A stretch of 64,000 bases of DNA from Candidatus Levyibacteriota bacterium (GTDB taxonomy: Bacteria; Patescibacteriota; Microgenomatia; Levybacterales; UBA12049): contig JBBSGT010000002.1 in NCBI GenBank assembly GCA_038253825.1, positions 685 to 64,684 of the forward strand, given 5' to 3'. Made by a program: the position numbers and the translations under genes. The notes beneath the pieces are model-generated. The model had not been told where the DNA came from. It made no database searches and saw nothing but the letters and a program-made list of their open reading frames with translations. Within the stretch, counting starts at the first letter, position 1. Each line of letters opens with the position of its first letter. Of the stretch, positions 1 to 9,904 are shown one piece after another.

Positions 1-482
1 GTAATCATTCGTATTCTCATCCTTCTTTTTCTGGTTTTTGCTATGGACTTGAGCCATTACCTAAAAATGGTGAGAATGATGAAATAGCAAAAACCCAGTC
101 GTTACTTTTTAATTTGACGAAAAAACAAAATACCTTATTTAGATTTCCAGGAGGATGCTATTCGCAAAATGATATTACTCTCTTGCATAAGAAAGGAATT
201 ATCGGGATTCAGTGGGATGTGGTTGGTGATGATGGTTTTAATAATAATGTTGACATAATTAAAAATAATATCTTTAATAATGTTCAGAATGGTTCAATTA
301 TTGTTATGCATATGAATGGTGCTCCTAATGATCCAGTAACAGATGAAGTTTTGCCTAATATAATTTCAACTCTCAAGCAAAGAGGATATGAATTTGAGAC
401 AGTTTCTGAATTACTCGCTCCCCCGCCGAAGAAAGAAATTGTTTCACTTCGTACCCTTTATCCCTTAGGAAATCTTTTATAA
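1..482 (+). CDS. Polysaccharide deacetylase (NodB family), 3' fragment. The gene starts upstream of the window; the reading frame is open from position 3.
   Basis: The frame-0 translation from nt 3 reads NHSYSHPSF..., carrying the NodB motif H-S-x-x-H-P. The C-terminal region (MHMNGAPNDPVTDEVLPNIISTLKQRGYEFETVSELL) is typical of the family. The track's Met at 114 is internal. Confidence 0.7.
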   Translation, partial: NHSYSHPSFSGFCYGLEPLPKNGENDEIAKTQSLLFNLTKKQNTLFRFPGGCYSQNDITLLHKKGIIGIQWDVVGDDGFNNNVDIIKNNIFNNVQNGSIIVMHMNGAPNDPVTDEVLPNIISTLKQRGYEFETVSELLAPPPKKEIVSLRTLYPLGNLL

Positions 483-540
483 TTTGGAAAATACTGGCTA
501 ATTGCCATTTTGCTCTGAACATGCTATGATACTTATAGGT

Positions 541-568
541 CACCCCGCAGTGCGGGGTTATTTATTGA
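541..568 (+). terminator. Rho-independent terminator hairpin (CCCCGCA-GT-GCGGGG followed by a T-rich tail).
   Basis: GC stem CCCCGC/GCGGGG with a short loop, followed by TTATTTATT, 60 nt downstream of the deacetylase stop. Confidence 0.55.
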
Positions 569-574
569 AAAATT

Positions 575-2392
575 ATGAACAATATCAGAAATGTCGGAAT
601 TATTGCACACGTCGATCATGGCAAAACCACGCTGGTGGATGCATTGTTGCGTCAATCTAAAACGAAACTCAACAAAGAAGTTGCTGAATCTGATCTGATC
701 ATGGATAGCAATGAATTGGAAAGAGAACGTGGCATTACTATTTTTTCCAAAAACGCATCAGTCCAATGGAACGAAACAAAAATTAATATTATCGATACTC
801 CAGGACATGCTGACTTTGGCGGTGAAGTTGAACGTGTTCTCACCATGGCCGATGGATGTTTGCTGCTGATCGATGCAAAAGAAGGTCCAATGCCACAAAC
901 ACGATTTGTTCTCAAAAAAGCATTGGAGAAGAAATTAAAGATTATTGTTGTCGTAAACAAAATTGACAAATCTGATGCTCGCATTCATCATGTCCTTGAT
1001 AAAACCCTTGATTTATTTTTAGAACTCGGAGCGGATGATGATACTGCGGACTTCCCTATTGTCTATGCATCAGCAAAATCAGGTCTTGCAGGACTTGAGC
1101 CAAATTTGGAATCCATGACTGATATATCACCAATTTTTGATATGATCCTTAAAGAAGTTCCCTCCTTTTCTGGAGATCCTGAAGCCCCCTTGCAATTATT
1201 GATGACAACACTCGGACGTGATGACCATAAAGGACGAATTGCCATCGGAAGAGTCTACAATGGAAAAGTTACTGCCGGACAAGAAGTTATGCATATCAAC
1301 CGTGATGGTGTCATGAAAAAGAATCGCTTGACATCACTCATGACTTTTGAAGGTTTAGGGAGAATGGACGCACAAGAAGTAAGTGCAGGTGATATTGTTG
1401 CTATTTCTGGAATTTCTGACATTACTATCGGTGAAACAATCGCTGATCCTGAAAACCCTGTTGCCCTCCCGCTACTGGCAATTGAAGAACCGACTGTTAA
1501 GATGGCATTTAGTGTCAACGACTCCCCTTTTGCAGGCCTTGAAGGCGAATTTAAAACATCCCGCCAAATTCGTGAACGATTGATGAAAGAGCTTGAAACT
1601 GATACGGCACTTCGTGTTGAAGATACGGATGATGGGAAATGGATGGTCAGCGGACGTGGTGAACTACATTTAGCTATTCTTATCGAACGCATGCGCCGTG
1701 AAGGATACGAATTTCAAGTTGCGCGACCACAAGTAATTTTGAAAAATGTCGATGGAAAGAAGTTAGCACCATTTGAACGGGTATTTCTTGAAGCGCCACA
1801 GGATTATTCAGGAATTGTAATGCAAAAAATGGGTATTCGTAAAGCTAACCTTGAAGATATGACAACAGATGCTAATGGTATTGCATATTTTGAATTTGTG
1901 ATGCCAACGAGTGCACTTTTTGGGTACCGAAGTGAATTTATTACTGACACCCGCGGATTAGGAATTATTAATACCAACTTTGATCGATATGATGTTGATA
2001 GTGGTGAAACTATTAAGCGAGAGCGCGGTTCTCTAACTGCAAGTGAAAACGGCCAATCTAATTTGTACGGTCTAACAAACATTCAAGAACGTGGCACACT
2101 CTTTATCGGTCCAGGTGTTCAAGTATACAAAGGCCAGGTGGTAGGTGAAAATTCACGCTCTGAAGATATGTCTGTCAACGTCACAAAGGCAAAAGCTCTC
2201 TCCAACATGCGTTCAAAGGGCGATGGTGGTATGGAACACTTTAATGTACCACGAGTTATGGATCTTGAAGAATCGTTGGAATTTGTGAACGATGATGAGT
2301 TGGTAGAAGTTACACCGAAGAATATTCGAATCAGAAAGAAGATCCTGGATGAAGCAGTTGCTCGGAGAATGAAGTCACAAGGATTACTCTAA
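575..2392 (+). CDS. typA: Translational GTPase TypA/BipA.
   Basis: N-terminal G-domain motifs (GIIAHVDHGKTTLVD, DTPGHADF, NKIDK) and full EF-G-like length of 605 aa. Confidence 0.93.
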   Translation: MNNIRNVGIIAHVDHGKTTLVDALLRQSKTKLNKEVAESDLIMDSNELERERGITIFSKNASVQWNETKINIIDTPGHADFGGEVERVLTMADGCLLLIDAKEGPMPQTRFVLKKALEKKLKIIVVVNKIDKSDARIHHVLDKTLDLFLELGADDDTADFPIVYASAKSGLAGLEPNLESMTDISPIFDMILKEVPSFSGDPEAPLQLLMTTLGRDDHKGRIAIGRVYNGKVTAGQEVMHINRDGVMKKNRLTSLMTFEGLGRMDAQEVSAGDIVAISGISDITIGETIADPENPVALPLLAIEEPTVKMAFSVNDSPFAGLEGEFKTSRQIRERLMKELETDTALRVEDTDDGKWMVSGRGELHLAILIERMRREGYEFQVARPQVILKNVDGKKLAPFERVFLEAPQDYSGIVMQKMGIRKANLEDMTTDANGIAYFEFVMPTSALFGYRSEFITDTRGLGIINTNFDRYDVDSGETIKRERGSLTASENGQSNLYGLTNIQERGTLFIGPGVQVYKGQVVGENSRSEDMSVNVTKAKALSNMRSKGDGGMEHFNVPRVMDLEESLEFVNDDELVEVTPKNIRIRKKILDEAVARRMKSQGLL

Positions 2393-2394
2393 CT

Positions 2395-3021
2395 TCAATG
2401 GTCCACGTATAAATCCCAGAGTAGTGTTCCTTCACATTCGTGTGGACGTGAGGGGCATTCGTGTCTGCCAAAGAGAATAAGGCGGGACGGCCAATCAATC
2501 CACATATCTTTTGGTACAATTTCTATCAGATCTTTTTCAATTTTTACTGGATCTTTTTGGGTTGTGAGACCAAGTTTGTTGGACATTCTGATCATATGGG
2601 TATCGATCACAATGCCTTCAGCTTTATGAAATGCTTGTCCGAGAACAACATTTGCGGTTTTTCTTGCAACACCTGGAAGGGCGTCTAGTTCTTCCATTGT
2701 ATTCGGGACTTTACCTCCGTATTTTTCAACAATAATTTGTGCTGCAGCTTTAATATTTTTGGCTTTATTGCCTGAGAAGTTAACTTTACTGATAAGTGCT
2801 TGGATATCCTCAACATTTGCCTGCGCATAATCTTTTGCTGTTTTATATTTTTTGAAAAGCGCCGGTGTTAATGTATTTACAAGTTTATCGGTTGTTTGTG
2901 CGGACATAATTGTGGCGACAAGAAGTTCGAGCGGAGTCGTAAAATCAAGTGCGATTTTCGGATGCGGATAGACTTTGACTAATCTTTTATGTATTTCGAG
3001 TACTTTTTCTTCTTTGATCAT
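2395..3021 (-). CDS. nth: Endonuclease III-like HhH-GPD DNA glycosylase with a degenerate [4Fe-4S] ligand set.
   Basis: Helix-hairpin-helix GPD region (LDALPGVARKTANVVL) with the catalytic K and D context. The C-terminus reads C-x6-C-x2-T-x5-Y where the family normally has C-x6-C-x2-C-x5-C. Confidence 0.75.
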   Translation of the reverse strand: MIKEEKVLEIHKRLVKVYPHPKIALDFTTPLELLVATIMSAQTTDKLVNTLTPALFKKYKTAKDYAQANVEDIQALISKVNFSGNKAKNIKAAAQIIVEKYGGKVPNTMEELDALPGVARKTANVVLGQAFHKAEGIVIDTHMIRMSNKLGLTTQKDPVKIEKDLIEIVPKDMWIDWPSRLILFGRHECPSRPHECEGTLLWDLYVDH

Positions 3022-3101
3022 AAAAGTAGTATACCATAATTCTTAATTCAAAAATTTTCCTACTTGCATTTAGGTCATCTACTTCTGTATAGTAAGTAAT
3101 T

Positions 3102-3587
3102 ATGACACAGATTGGTGATGAACAAGTAATCGAGGGCGAAGTGGCTGAGGATGCTGAATCTAGCGAAGAGCTTGATGTAGCAGTTTCTGAAGCAGGAACA
3201 GATCAAGCGTCTGGGCTGCTTAATCTCGAAGAACTGATAAAAAACCACATCGATAGTATCGACAAACTCAAACTCGAACTCAAAGATCAACGCGAAATGT
3301 ACGAGGATTCATTTAACAACAATCCTACATATCGTGAGCATGATGAAAAAGTAAAGGAAGTCAGTAAAGCAAAAAACGGCGTCCGGCAGGAAATTTCCAA
3401 ACAACCATCTGTCGCGATGCTGGCACAAAAAGTAAAAGATATTAGGTTTGATATCAGTGAACAAGGCAAAACACTTTCTGATCTGCTCCAAGATTATCGT
3501 GAGCAGACAGGTGCTACATCGATCGAAACTCGTGACGGAAAAGTTTTGGAAATTGTTAGTACTGCCCGGCTTGTCAAAAGATCATAA
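3102..3587 (+). CDS. Hypothetical protein with an acidic N-terminus and predicted coiled-coil.
   Basis: Intact 161 aa ORF with coding-like composition and a Glu/Asp-rich N-terminus; no recognisable motif. Confidence 0.4.
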   Translation: MTQIGDEQVIEGEVAEDAESSEELDVAVSEAGTDQASGLLNLEELIKNHIDSIDKLKLELKDQREMYEDSFNNNPTYREHDEKVKEVSKAKNGVRQEISKQPSVAMLAQKVKDIRFDISEQGKTLSDLLQDYREQTGATSIETRDGKVLEIVSTARLVKRS

Positions 3588-3645
3588 ATCCTCAAGTGAT
3601 AAATTGTAAATTGGAAATTTCTCAGCTATACTTACAACTATTCTC

Positions 3646-5163
3646 ATGAAAAAGATGAAGCGATTATTTAATTCGTTTCTGCCTATTATTCCCTACGCAA
3701 TCGTTTTTGTATTCTCTTTGTATGTTCCATCTGATCCTGATTTGGGATGGCATTTGAAATATGGAGAGTATTTTTGGCAGCATGGACAAGTGCTGCGGGA
3801 TAATACCTTTTCAACGATGATGCCAAATTATCATTGGGGAAATACTTCTTGGTTTACTGATGTTATTTCATATACTGCTTATCATCTGGGCGGTTTTGCT
3901 GGGGTAATTCTTCTCGGAGCTGCAGTAGTTACCGCGACATTTTATTTTTTTGCAAAAGCTTCCCAACTAAATATTTGGGAAGAAACATTTATTTTCCCTG
4001 TACTCCTTTATCTGGAAGAACCGATTAATGCTGTTTCTTTCCGGGGACAACAGCTTACTTTACTTTTGGTTGGGGTAATGTTCTACCTTATTTCTTTCTA
4101 TAAAGAAAAACCCAAAACGCTATGGTTTGCAGTACCTCTCTTTTTTTTGTGGGCCAATGTTCATGGTGAATTTGTCCTAGGATTTGTCGTTTTTGGTATG
4201 TGGTTGGTTATCTATTTAGCGCAAAAATTACTCCATAACACATTACAGTTCCAGGGAGATAAATCGAGATGGCAATCATTTCTAAGTAGGCTAAAAGTAA
4301 ATTATCATGTAACCAGAAAGGAAATTTTAACGCTCACAGCTATAGTGTTAGCAAGTATTCTGGTAACTTTTATAAATCCTTTTGGTTATGTACTTCATCA
4401 TGATGCCATTTCACATATTGGAAGTCCGCTTTTGAAGGATATCGCAGAGTATTTGCCATTTGATATGTACTCTACGGTTTGGTGGGCTGAGATTTTCACA
4501 GGCATGTTTGCTGCGGTCGGAATGGCTGTCCTTTATTTTAATGGCAAACTTAGAGATAAATTGCCACTTTTGGGGGGCGGATTATTGTTATTTATTCTTT
4601 CACTGAGTGTCAGACGTTATGCATGGCCGGCATATTATTTATTGATGCCACTTTTCCCCTTAGTCGCCGTCTATTTCAAACCGGACAGCAAAAAGTTCAC
4701 TAACCTGGCAACAATCATATTAGCAATAGGACTGGTGGTTGTTGCTGTTTGGTGGCGGTGGCCGATAAAGAGAGCTGCAACTTTTACTTGGACCGATTAT
4801 TGCAACAATGAAGTTTTGAAATGCAGCCCGAAGTCAGCCGAATTCTTGATCGATCACCATCTCACTCATGATCTCCTTACTCTGTATGGTTGGGGTGGAT
4901 GGTTAATCTGGAACTATCCGCAAATTAAACCTTCCATTGATGGCCGTATGCATCTTTGGTCTGAGCATGGATATAGCGCTTTTACTGATTATTATTCATT
5001 GGAACAGGATATGAAAGATGTAGATAAATCAAAATACAATGTGGTTTATATGTCCACAGACAAACCTGTCTATAATCGTTTGGTAACATTAACAAAGCAA
5101 AATAAATGGGCTGAGGTTTATCAGGATAATGATGCAGCAATCTTTGTCAGAGAAGATCGGTAG
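3646..5163 (+). CDS. Polytopic integral membrane protein, possibly a GT-C-type glycosyltransferase or Wzy/ligase-like; family uncertain.
   Basis: 505 aa with at least 10 hydrophobic helices and aromatic-rich loops (DLGWHLKYGEY, WANVHGEF). Confidence 0.55.
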   Translation: MKKMKRLFNSFLPIIPYAIVFVFSLYVPSDPDLGWHLKYGEYFWQHGQVLRDNTFSTMMPNYHWGNTSWFTDVISYTAYHLGGFAGVILLGAAVVTATFYFFAKASQLNIWEETFIFPVLLYLEEPINAVSFRGQQLTLLLVGVMFYLISFYKEKPKTLWFAVPLFFLWANVHGEFVLGFVVFGMWLVIYLAQKLLHNTLQFQGDKSRWQSFLSRLKVNYHVTRKEILTLTAIVLASILVTFINPFGYVLHHDAISHIGSPLLKDIAEYLPFDMYSTVWWAEIFTGMFAAVGMAVLYFNGKLRDKLPLLGGGLLLFILSLSVRRYAWPAYYLLMPLFPLVAVYFKPDSKKFTNLATIILAIGLVVVAVWWRWPIKRAATFTWTDYCNNEVLKCSPKSAEFLIDHHLTHDLLTLYGWGGWLIWNYPQIKPSIDGRMHLWSEHGYSAFTDYYSLEQDMKDVDKSKYNVVYMSTDKPVYNRLVTLTKQNKWAEVYQDNDAAIFVREDR

Positions 5164-5280
5164 TTTTTCTCTTTACTTGTACCGAGCTTTATGCTATTTT
5201 AAGGGAATGTTTATAAAATATAATTCAGTTTGTTGTAACGCAACTCCTTCGTAGCGAGGTTGCGTTTTTGTGTTTTATGT

Positions 5281-5310
5281 AACCCCGCAAAGTCGGGGTT
5301 TTTTTTATGG
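5281..5310 (+). terminator. Rho-independent terminator (CCCCG-CAAAGT-CGGGG followed by T8).
   Basis: GC hairpin followed by eight T residues, 118 nt after the 3646..5163 stop. It lies inside the track's over-extended N-terminus of the next ORF. Confidence 0.6.
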
Positions 5311-5316
5311 AAAAAT

Positions 5317-6054
5317 ATGAAAGAATTTGCAAGAAGACAAAAAGTTATTAGAGAAGATAGACGCAATTGGGATCAAGCTGTCTTAATTGGTGGACATACC
5401 GATGATGATGCCATGTTTCGTTTAACTAATACACTTGCTAGACAAAAAATTGGTGTAACAATCTTAACTTTAACAAATAGTGATGCTCGCAATTTGCCAA
5501 ATTATGAACCTGAACAATTAGCCAAAGTACGCTGGGAAGAGGCAAGTGCTTCTGGAGTAGTTGCTGGGATAACGGAAGTACGACGTATTGAAATTCCTGA
5601 TGGTAGACTTTATCAGTTTCCAAGACAAGCAAGAGATTTCGTAGGCAATGCAATTGATGAGATAAGACCCATTGCAATCGTTACGCTTCATCCTAGGGAT
5701 CCTCATACAGATCATAGAGCAACATATAGAGTTGGAGCCGAAATAGCAGGTAAAGGATTAGCGCATTATACAACTGATACAATCACGGGTTTGGATCTTA
5801 ATGGTAAACCTTTACAACCTGATTTATATATTCCATTAACCGAAGAAATAGAAGCGATAGAAGAAAAATCCTATATGGCAAATAGCAGCCAAGTTGAAGA
5901 TCTCCCTCCTGAAGAAATAGTGGACGTAATCAATGTTATATCTATGACTGCAAGAAGAGGAAAAGATAAAGGCATACCTTATGCCGCAGTTCTCTTTAGA
6001 GCAAATAATACTCCTCATGCACCATTAGAATCAATCCTCCCGTTAGCAAGTTAA
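5317..6054 (+). CDS. PIG-L/LmbE family N-acetylglucosaminyl deacetylase.
   Basis: GGHTDDD and HPRDPHTDHRATYR motifs match the PIG-L zinc-binding signature. The start was moved to the ATG at 5317 (MKEFARRQ) because the track start at 5260 runs through the upstream terminator. Confidence 0.7.
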   Translation: MKEFARRQKVIREDRRNWDQAVLIGGHTDDDAMFRLTNTLARQKIGVTILTLTNSDARNLPNYEPEQLAKVRWEEASASGVVAGITEVRRIEIPDGRLYQFPRQARDFVGNAIDEIRPIAIVTLHPRDPHTDHRATYRVGAEIAGKGLAHYTTDTITGLDLNGKPLQPDLYIPLTEEIEAIEEKSYMANSSQVEDLPPEEIVDVINVISMTARRGKDKGIPYAAVLFRANNTPHAPLESILPLAS

Positions 6055-6193
6055 AAGAACTCTGGATGGATAAAGCCAGTGAGGGCTGAATTTGTTGGTT
6101 TTAAAAACAATGTCATTTGCTATCCCAAGTTTGTATCCTTTGTTAATCAGCTCCATAGTTTTGAGGGGACAATCATTCGAGTTGAACTTCCTA

Positions 6194-6862
6194 TTATTTT
6201 GAAGAATTCTTGAGTGCGTCATCAATTTTCGCTTTGAAATCATTGTAGGATAACCCGCCTTCTTGCATGACACCATTAATGAAAAAGGTTGGTGTTGCCT
6301 GAACATTGAGTGCATTTCCATCATCAATATCTTGTTGAATTTTCGCTGCGTATTTACTGCTCGCTACATCACTTTTAAATTTATCTGTGTCAAGTTTGAG
6401 TTCTTTAGCGTATTGCATATAGTAATCCATGGCGTTATTTGTCTCTCCCCACTTACCTTGATTGGAATAAAGTAAGTTATACATCTCAAAGAACTTTCCT
6501 TGTGTTCCGGCTGCTTCAGCTGCTTCAGCTGCGCCTTTTGCATTTGGATGCATAGGAAGTGGGAAGTTGCGGAACACAAAAGTAAGTTGGCCTTTGTAAG
6601 TAGCGCGAAGTTGTTCTATAGTTGGATACGCAGTTCCACATGCTGGACATTGGAAGTCACCAAATTCTACTAATGTTACGGCATTTTTCGCAGTGCCTCT
6701 TATAATATGACTATCTTTACGAAAAAGCGCTTGTGTGTTCTTGACCGGTTGAGTATTTGATGCTGAAGAAGTAGATTTGCCACCAAAAATAAGTGCTGCA
6801 CCGACAACTAATACTAACGTAACTACACTAATTCCGATAAGTACTTTTGTTTCACTTGACAT
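6194..6862 (-). CDS. Membrane-anchored DsbA/BdbD-like thiol:disulfide oxidoreductase.
   Basis: Thioredoxin-fold CxxC motif (FGDFQCPACG) with an N-terminal transmembrane helix. Confidence 0.8.
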   Translation of the reverse strand: MSSETKVLIGISVVTLVLVVGAALIFGGKSTSSASNTQPVKNTQALFRKDSHIIRGTAKNAVTLVEFGDFQCPACGTAYPTIEQLRATYKGQLTFVFRNFPLPMHPNAKGAAEAAEAAGTQGKFFEMYNLLYSNQGKWGETNNAMDYYMQYAKELKLDTDKFKSDVASSKYAAKIQQDIDDGNALNVQATPTFFINGVMQEGGLSYNDFKAKIDDALKNSSK

Positions 6863-6863
6863 A

Positions 6864-7295
6864 TTATTTATCTTTTTTTATCTTCTTCGCATATAATAAC
6901 ATAGTCGCTGTAATAAGTGCAAAAGCAATCATGGATCCGAAAGGAATAGTGATAAAACCAAAAAACTCAATTTGCTTGGATGTGCAGGAAATGCCTTGGA
7001 CACATGGCGCAATACTTTCGGGCAAAATATGAAAATATAAAAGATTATGATAAATCGAGATCAATAACCCCAAAATACTTAAAGGCAAGATATAGGTATG
7101 TAAATCTTTTTGCTTTCGAAGAATACTTACCGCACTAATGAAAACCAATGGGTACATACATATGCGTTGATACCAACAGAGAACGCATGGAGTTAGTTTG
7201 AAAATTTCACTAAATGAAAGACTTGCCAACGTTGAAATCAGCGCAAGCATGAAAGCTACATACGGTAAATATTTAACGTAATTTTTCATAAACAT
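6864..7295 (-). CDS. DsbB/BdbC-like disulfide bond formation protein B.
   Basis: The LTPCVLCWYQRICMYP motif with a second Cys pair, four transmembrane helices, and a 1-nt gap to the downstream DsbA-like gene. Confidence 0.8.
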   Translation of the reverse strand: MFMKNYVKYLPYVAFMLALISTLASLSFSEIFKLTPCVLCWYQRICMYPLVFISAVSILRKQKDLHTYILPLSILGLLISIYHNLLYFHILPESIAPCVQGISCTSKQIEFFGFITIPFGSMIAFALITATMLLYAKKIKKDK

Positions 7296-7310
7296 GAGTA
7301 TTATAACAGA

Positions 7311-7538
7311 TTATTTTTTCCTTTTTTGCATCATCTGCATTAAGCGAAAGACATTAAAGATCCCACCAAGAAATCCGATGATAACTCCCCCTATTGTAAA
7401 AAGTCTTCCTGTGTGGAAAAATGAATCTAAAAATATACCGAGAAAAAGTAAAATAATTACTGGCGTTGCAAGGAGCAAAGCAGTACTCATCCCAATCAGA
7501 ATGAAAAAGGTTGTTTTTGATTTAGGTTGCTCCTTCAT
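7311..7538 (-). CDS. Small two-helix membrane protein, AtpZ/AtpI-like.
   Basis: 75 aa ending in a KRKK tail and carrying GxxxG-type helices (IGGVIIGFLGGIF); same strand and operon as dsbB/dsbA. The overlapping plus-strand ORF 7294..7545 was judged less likely. Confidence 0.45.
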   Translation of the reverse strand: MKEQPKSKTTFFILIGMSTALLLATPVIILLFLGIFLDSFFHTGRLFTIGGVIIGFLGGIFNVFRLMQMMQKRKK

Positions 7539-7598
7539 ACTTTAAATATTATAAAATATCTTGTCTAATAAACAAGATTGTAAACTGTCATTCTGGCG

Positions 7599-8894
7599 TT
7601 AGTAAAGTACGCGAAAACGTATGGTGTGTGGTATTTGCTTTAGTTTTTCTAATACAGTATTGTCATATTCTTTATCAACATCCGTAATGACATATCCTAT
7701 TGCAGAAGTGGTCCTCAGATATTGACTGATGATATTTATTTTATGTTTTGCCATAACTGAATTAATCTGTGCCAAAATCCCCGGTTCATTCTTATGAATA
7801 TGCAAGAGTCGATGTGTCTTTTGATGTTTGGGGAGATTAATACTTGGGAGGGTGAGATTTTTATACGTATCGCCTGTATTAATAAAATTAATTATTCTTT
7901 TGGTTACGCTACTATCTTGAAATGCAGCAATCCCCTTCTCACGAAAGAATAACGGCAAGCTTTCCGAAGGTGACATCTTTGTAATACCAACTACTAGTAA
8001 TCGTTGTGCATTCGTCAATACTTCTTCTGATAACTGGTCCAAACTTTCAACATACAGAATCGAGGCTTGTTTCATTTCCTGAATATGAGACGCATCTGAG
8101 ATTGTTTCTTTGAGCTCTTTTATTTGATACTGTTCTTTCCTTAACATTTTTTTTGTTTCCTCAGAAAGCTGCGGCAAAGCAAAAACTCTAATTCTACTTT
8201 TGGGATATGAAAGCGAGCGAGGTAAATTGTTTACATATAAGAATTCATCAAAGGTTGATGCGATTTCATCAGCTTTTTTTACAATAGGTTCGCGAGAGAT
8301 ATTTTCAGTAAATGCTATAAATTTTTTGGCAAGACCGAGCTTCTTTAACTCATAATCAGTGTAGCCATCCCCTATCATGTATAAATCCCCTTTGAGTTTT
8401 AACGATTTGACAACATTCACTTTCCCTTTATCTTGGCTCATAAGATTTTTCGTATCAATTCCCGTAATATCGTCCTTTTGGTCATAGACGAATGTATTGG
8501 CGAAAATATGATCTGATCGAATACCAAACTGTTTTATTACCGGATAAATAAATTCCTTGAAGCCACCTGAAATAATATAAATATGATCTTTATGTTGTAA
8601 AAAGAAGTTTTTATTGTGCAAGATAGAAAGTGAAATTTTTTGTTTGAGCAGATTACCTACCTCTCTCACTTGGGTTTTACTTCCTGAAAGTAAAGCAATA
8701 CGCTTTTGTAAACTTTCTCCAAATGAGATCTTCCCTTCCATCGCTTGGTTGGTAAGCGATGTTATTTTTTCGAGAAGTTCATTTTTATTTTTCTTATCTT
8801 GCAACACAATTTCAGCAAAGATTTCAAGTCCCTCGCCGGTTATGAACGTACTATCAAAATCGATAAGAAAATATGTTTGTTTTGTTTTTTTCAT
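7599..8894 (-). CDS. HAD-family phosphatase (phosphoserine-phosphatase-like) with a C-terminal ACT domain.
   Basis: HAD motif I FLIDFDSTF (DxD), a later GDGxxD motif (IGDGYTDYE), and an ACT-like C-terminus (ILAQINSVMAKHKINIISQY). The likely start is MKKTKQ at 8894; the track start at 8954 is probably over-extended. Confidence 0.6.
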   Translation of the reverse strand: MKKTKQTYFLIDFDSTFITGEGLEIFAEIVLQDKKNKNELLEKITSLTNQAMEGKISFGESLQKRIALLSGSKTQVREVGNLLKQKISLSILHNKNFFLQHKDHIYIISGGFKEFIYPVIKQFGIRSDHIFANTFVYDQKDDITGIDTKNLMSQDKGKVNVVKSLKLKGDLYMIGDGYTDYELKKLGLAKKFIAFTENISREPIVKKADEIASTFDEFLYVNNLPRSLSYPKSRIRVFALPQLSEETKKMLRKEQYQIKELKETISDASHIQEMKQASILYVESLDQLSEEVLTNAQRLLVVGITKMSPSESLPLFFREKGIAAFQDSSVTKRIINFINTGDTYKNLTLPSINLPKHQKTHRLLHIHKNEPGILAQINSVMAKHKINIISQYLRTTSAIGYVITDVDKEYDNTVLEKLKQIPHTIRFRVLY

Positions 8895-9003
8895 CAGAAG
8901 AACATTATAAACTAGCTTCCATAGGATATTCAATTGCAAATTGTCTATTGACACAGTAAAAATGCTTTGTTAATATCCAAACATTCCTGCTCGCTCTTTT
9001 AAT

Positions 9004-9714
9004 TTGAATATGTCACAACTTTCATCAAATTCAACATTTGCGATGTCAGACTTTTCTCAAACAGGATCTTTCAGTTCCGGCTCCAGACTCGGTTCATCTT
9101 CTTCAGTGGGTGGCATGTCTCCAAAAGGCTTTAAGCGCTATTTCAAAAAATCACCGTTCATTCCATTTATAATTATTATGATTGTCGTTTTTGGTATAGC
9201 TATCTTTGCTATCTCTAATGTTATCAGTCGATCAACAAATAATGCTATCCCAAGTTTGGCAAGCACCAATAAACAAGTAAATGTTTCAAAACCGGTTGCG
9301 CAAGAGACTTTGAACAGGTCTTTTGATTTTCCTTTAAAAGATGCCAGCGGAAAAGTTGTAAGTAAGTTGCATTATGTTATTCAAAGTGCAGAGCTGGACA
9401 ATCAAATCATCATTAAAGGACAACAAGCAACAGCAGTACAAGGACGAACATTCTTGGTTCTTAATTTACAAATTACCAATAGTTATGATAAGTCTGTGCA
9501 ATTAAATACACGTGACTATGTTCGTCTGATTGCAAGTAGTTCAACGGAAAAATTAGCAGCTGATATTCACAACGATCCAGTGGAAGTCCAAGCAATCTCT
9601 ACTAAATATACTCGCCTTGGCTTCCCTATCTCTACAGCTGATGCAAGCAATTTAACCTTACAGGTTGGCGAAATTCAAGGCGCGAAACAATCTATAAAAC
9701 TCGACTTGAAATAA
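9004..9714 (+). CDS. Type II membrane-anchored protein with a Ser-rich cytoplasmic N-terminus and an extracellular DUF4352-like beta domain.
   Basis: Ser-rich N-terminus, a single transmembrane helix (FIPFIIIMIVVFGIAIFAI), and a C-terminal beta-rich domain (TFLVLNLQITNSYDKSVQL). Confidence 0.45.
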   Translation: MNMSQLSSNSTFAMSDFSQTGSFSSGSRLGSSSSVGGMSPKGFKRYFKKSPFIPFIIIMIVVFGIAIFAISNVISRSTNNAIPSLASTNKQVNVSKPVAQETLNRSFDFPLKDASGKVVSKLHYVIQSAELDNQIIIKGQQATAVQGRTFLVLNLQITNSYDKSVQLNTRDYVRLIASSSTEKLAADIHNDPVEVQAISTKYTRLGFPISTADASNLTLQVGEIQGAKQSIKLDLK

Positions 9715-9718
9715 GTTT

Positions 9719-9904
9719 ATGAATGATTATTCTACCAAAGAAGCAAGTACAGAGCTACTTGCAGAAATTGCTGAAGCACTAAAAAACATCCGTGGCTGGG
9801 GCAGTGTAGAGATATTTGTACAAGATAATAAAGTAGTACAAATAGTTGAACGAAACATCAAGAAAACCAATCAAATACAAAGTGTCATGAAAACTAGGTC
9901 TTGA
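9719..9904 (+). CDS. YezD/DUF2292 family small protein.
   Basis: 61 aa with the pattern LxxIxEALKNIRxGSVEIxVQDxKVVQIExxxKxx, characteristic of DUF2292. Confidence 0.6.
   Translation: MNDYSTKEASTELLAEIAEALKNIRGWGSVEIFVQDNKVVQIVERNIKKTNQIQSVMKTRS

Noticed and set aside
652-2082. Minus-strand ORFs antisense to typA (652..984, 1063..1245, 1255..1692, 1804..2082) and the plus-strand ORF 1383..1583.
   Set aside because: They are fully embedded in a highly conserved GTPase gene and show low-complexity translations, so they are antisense artefacts.
6043-6327. 94-aa minus-strand ORF.
   Set aside because: It overlaps the 3' end of the DsbA-like gene in another frame and has no motif; it lies in the convergent intergenic region.
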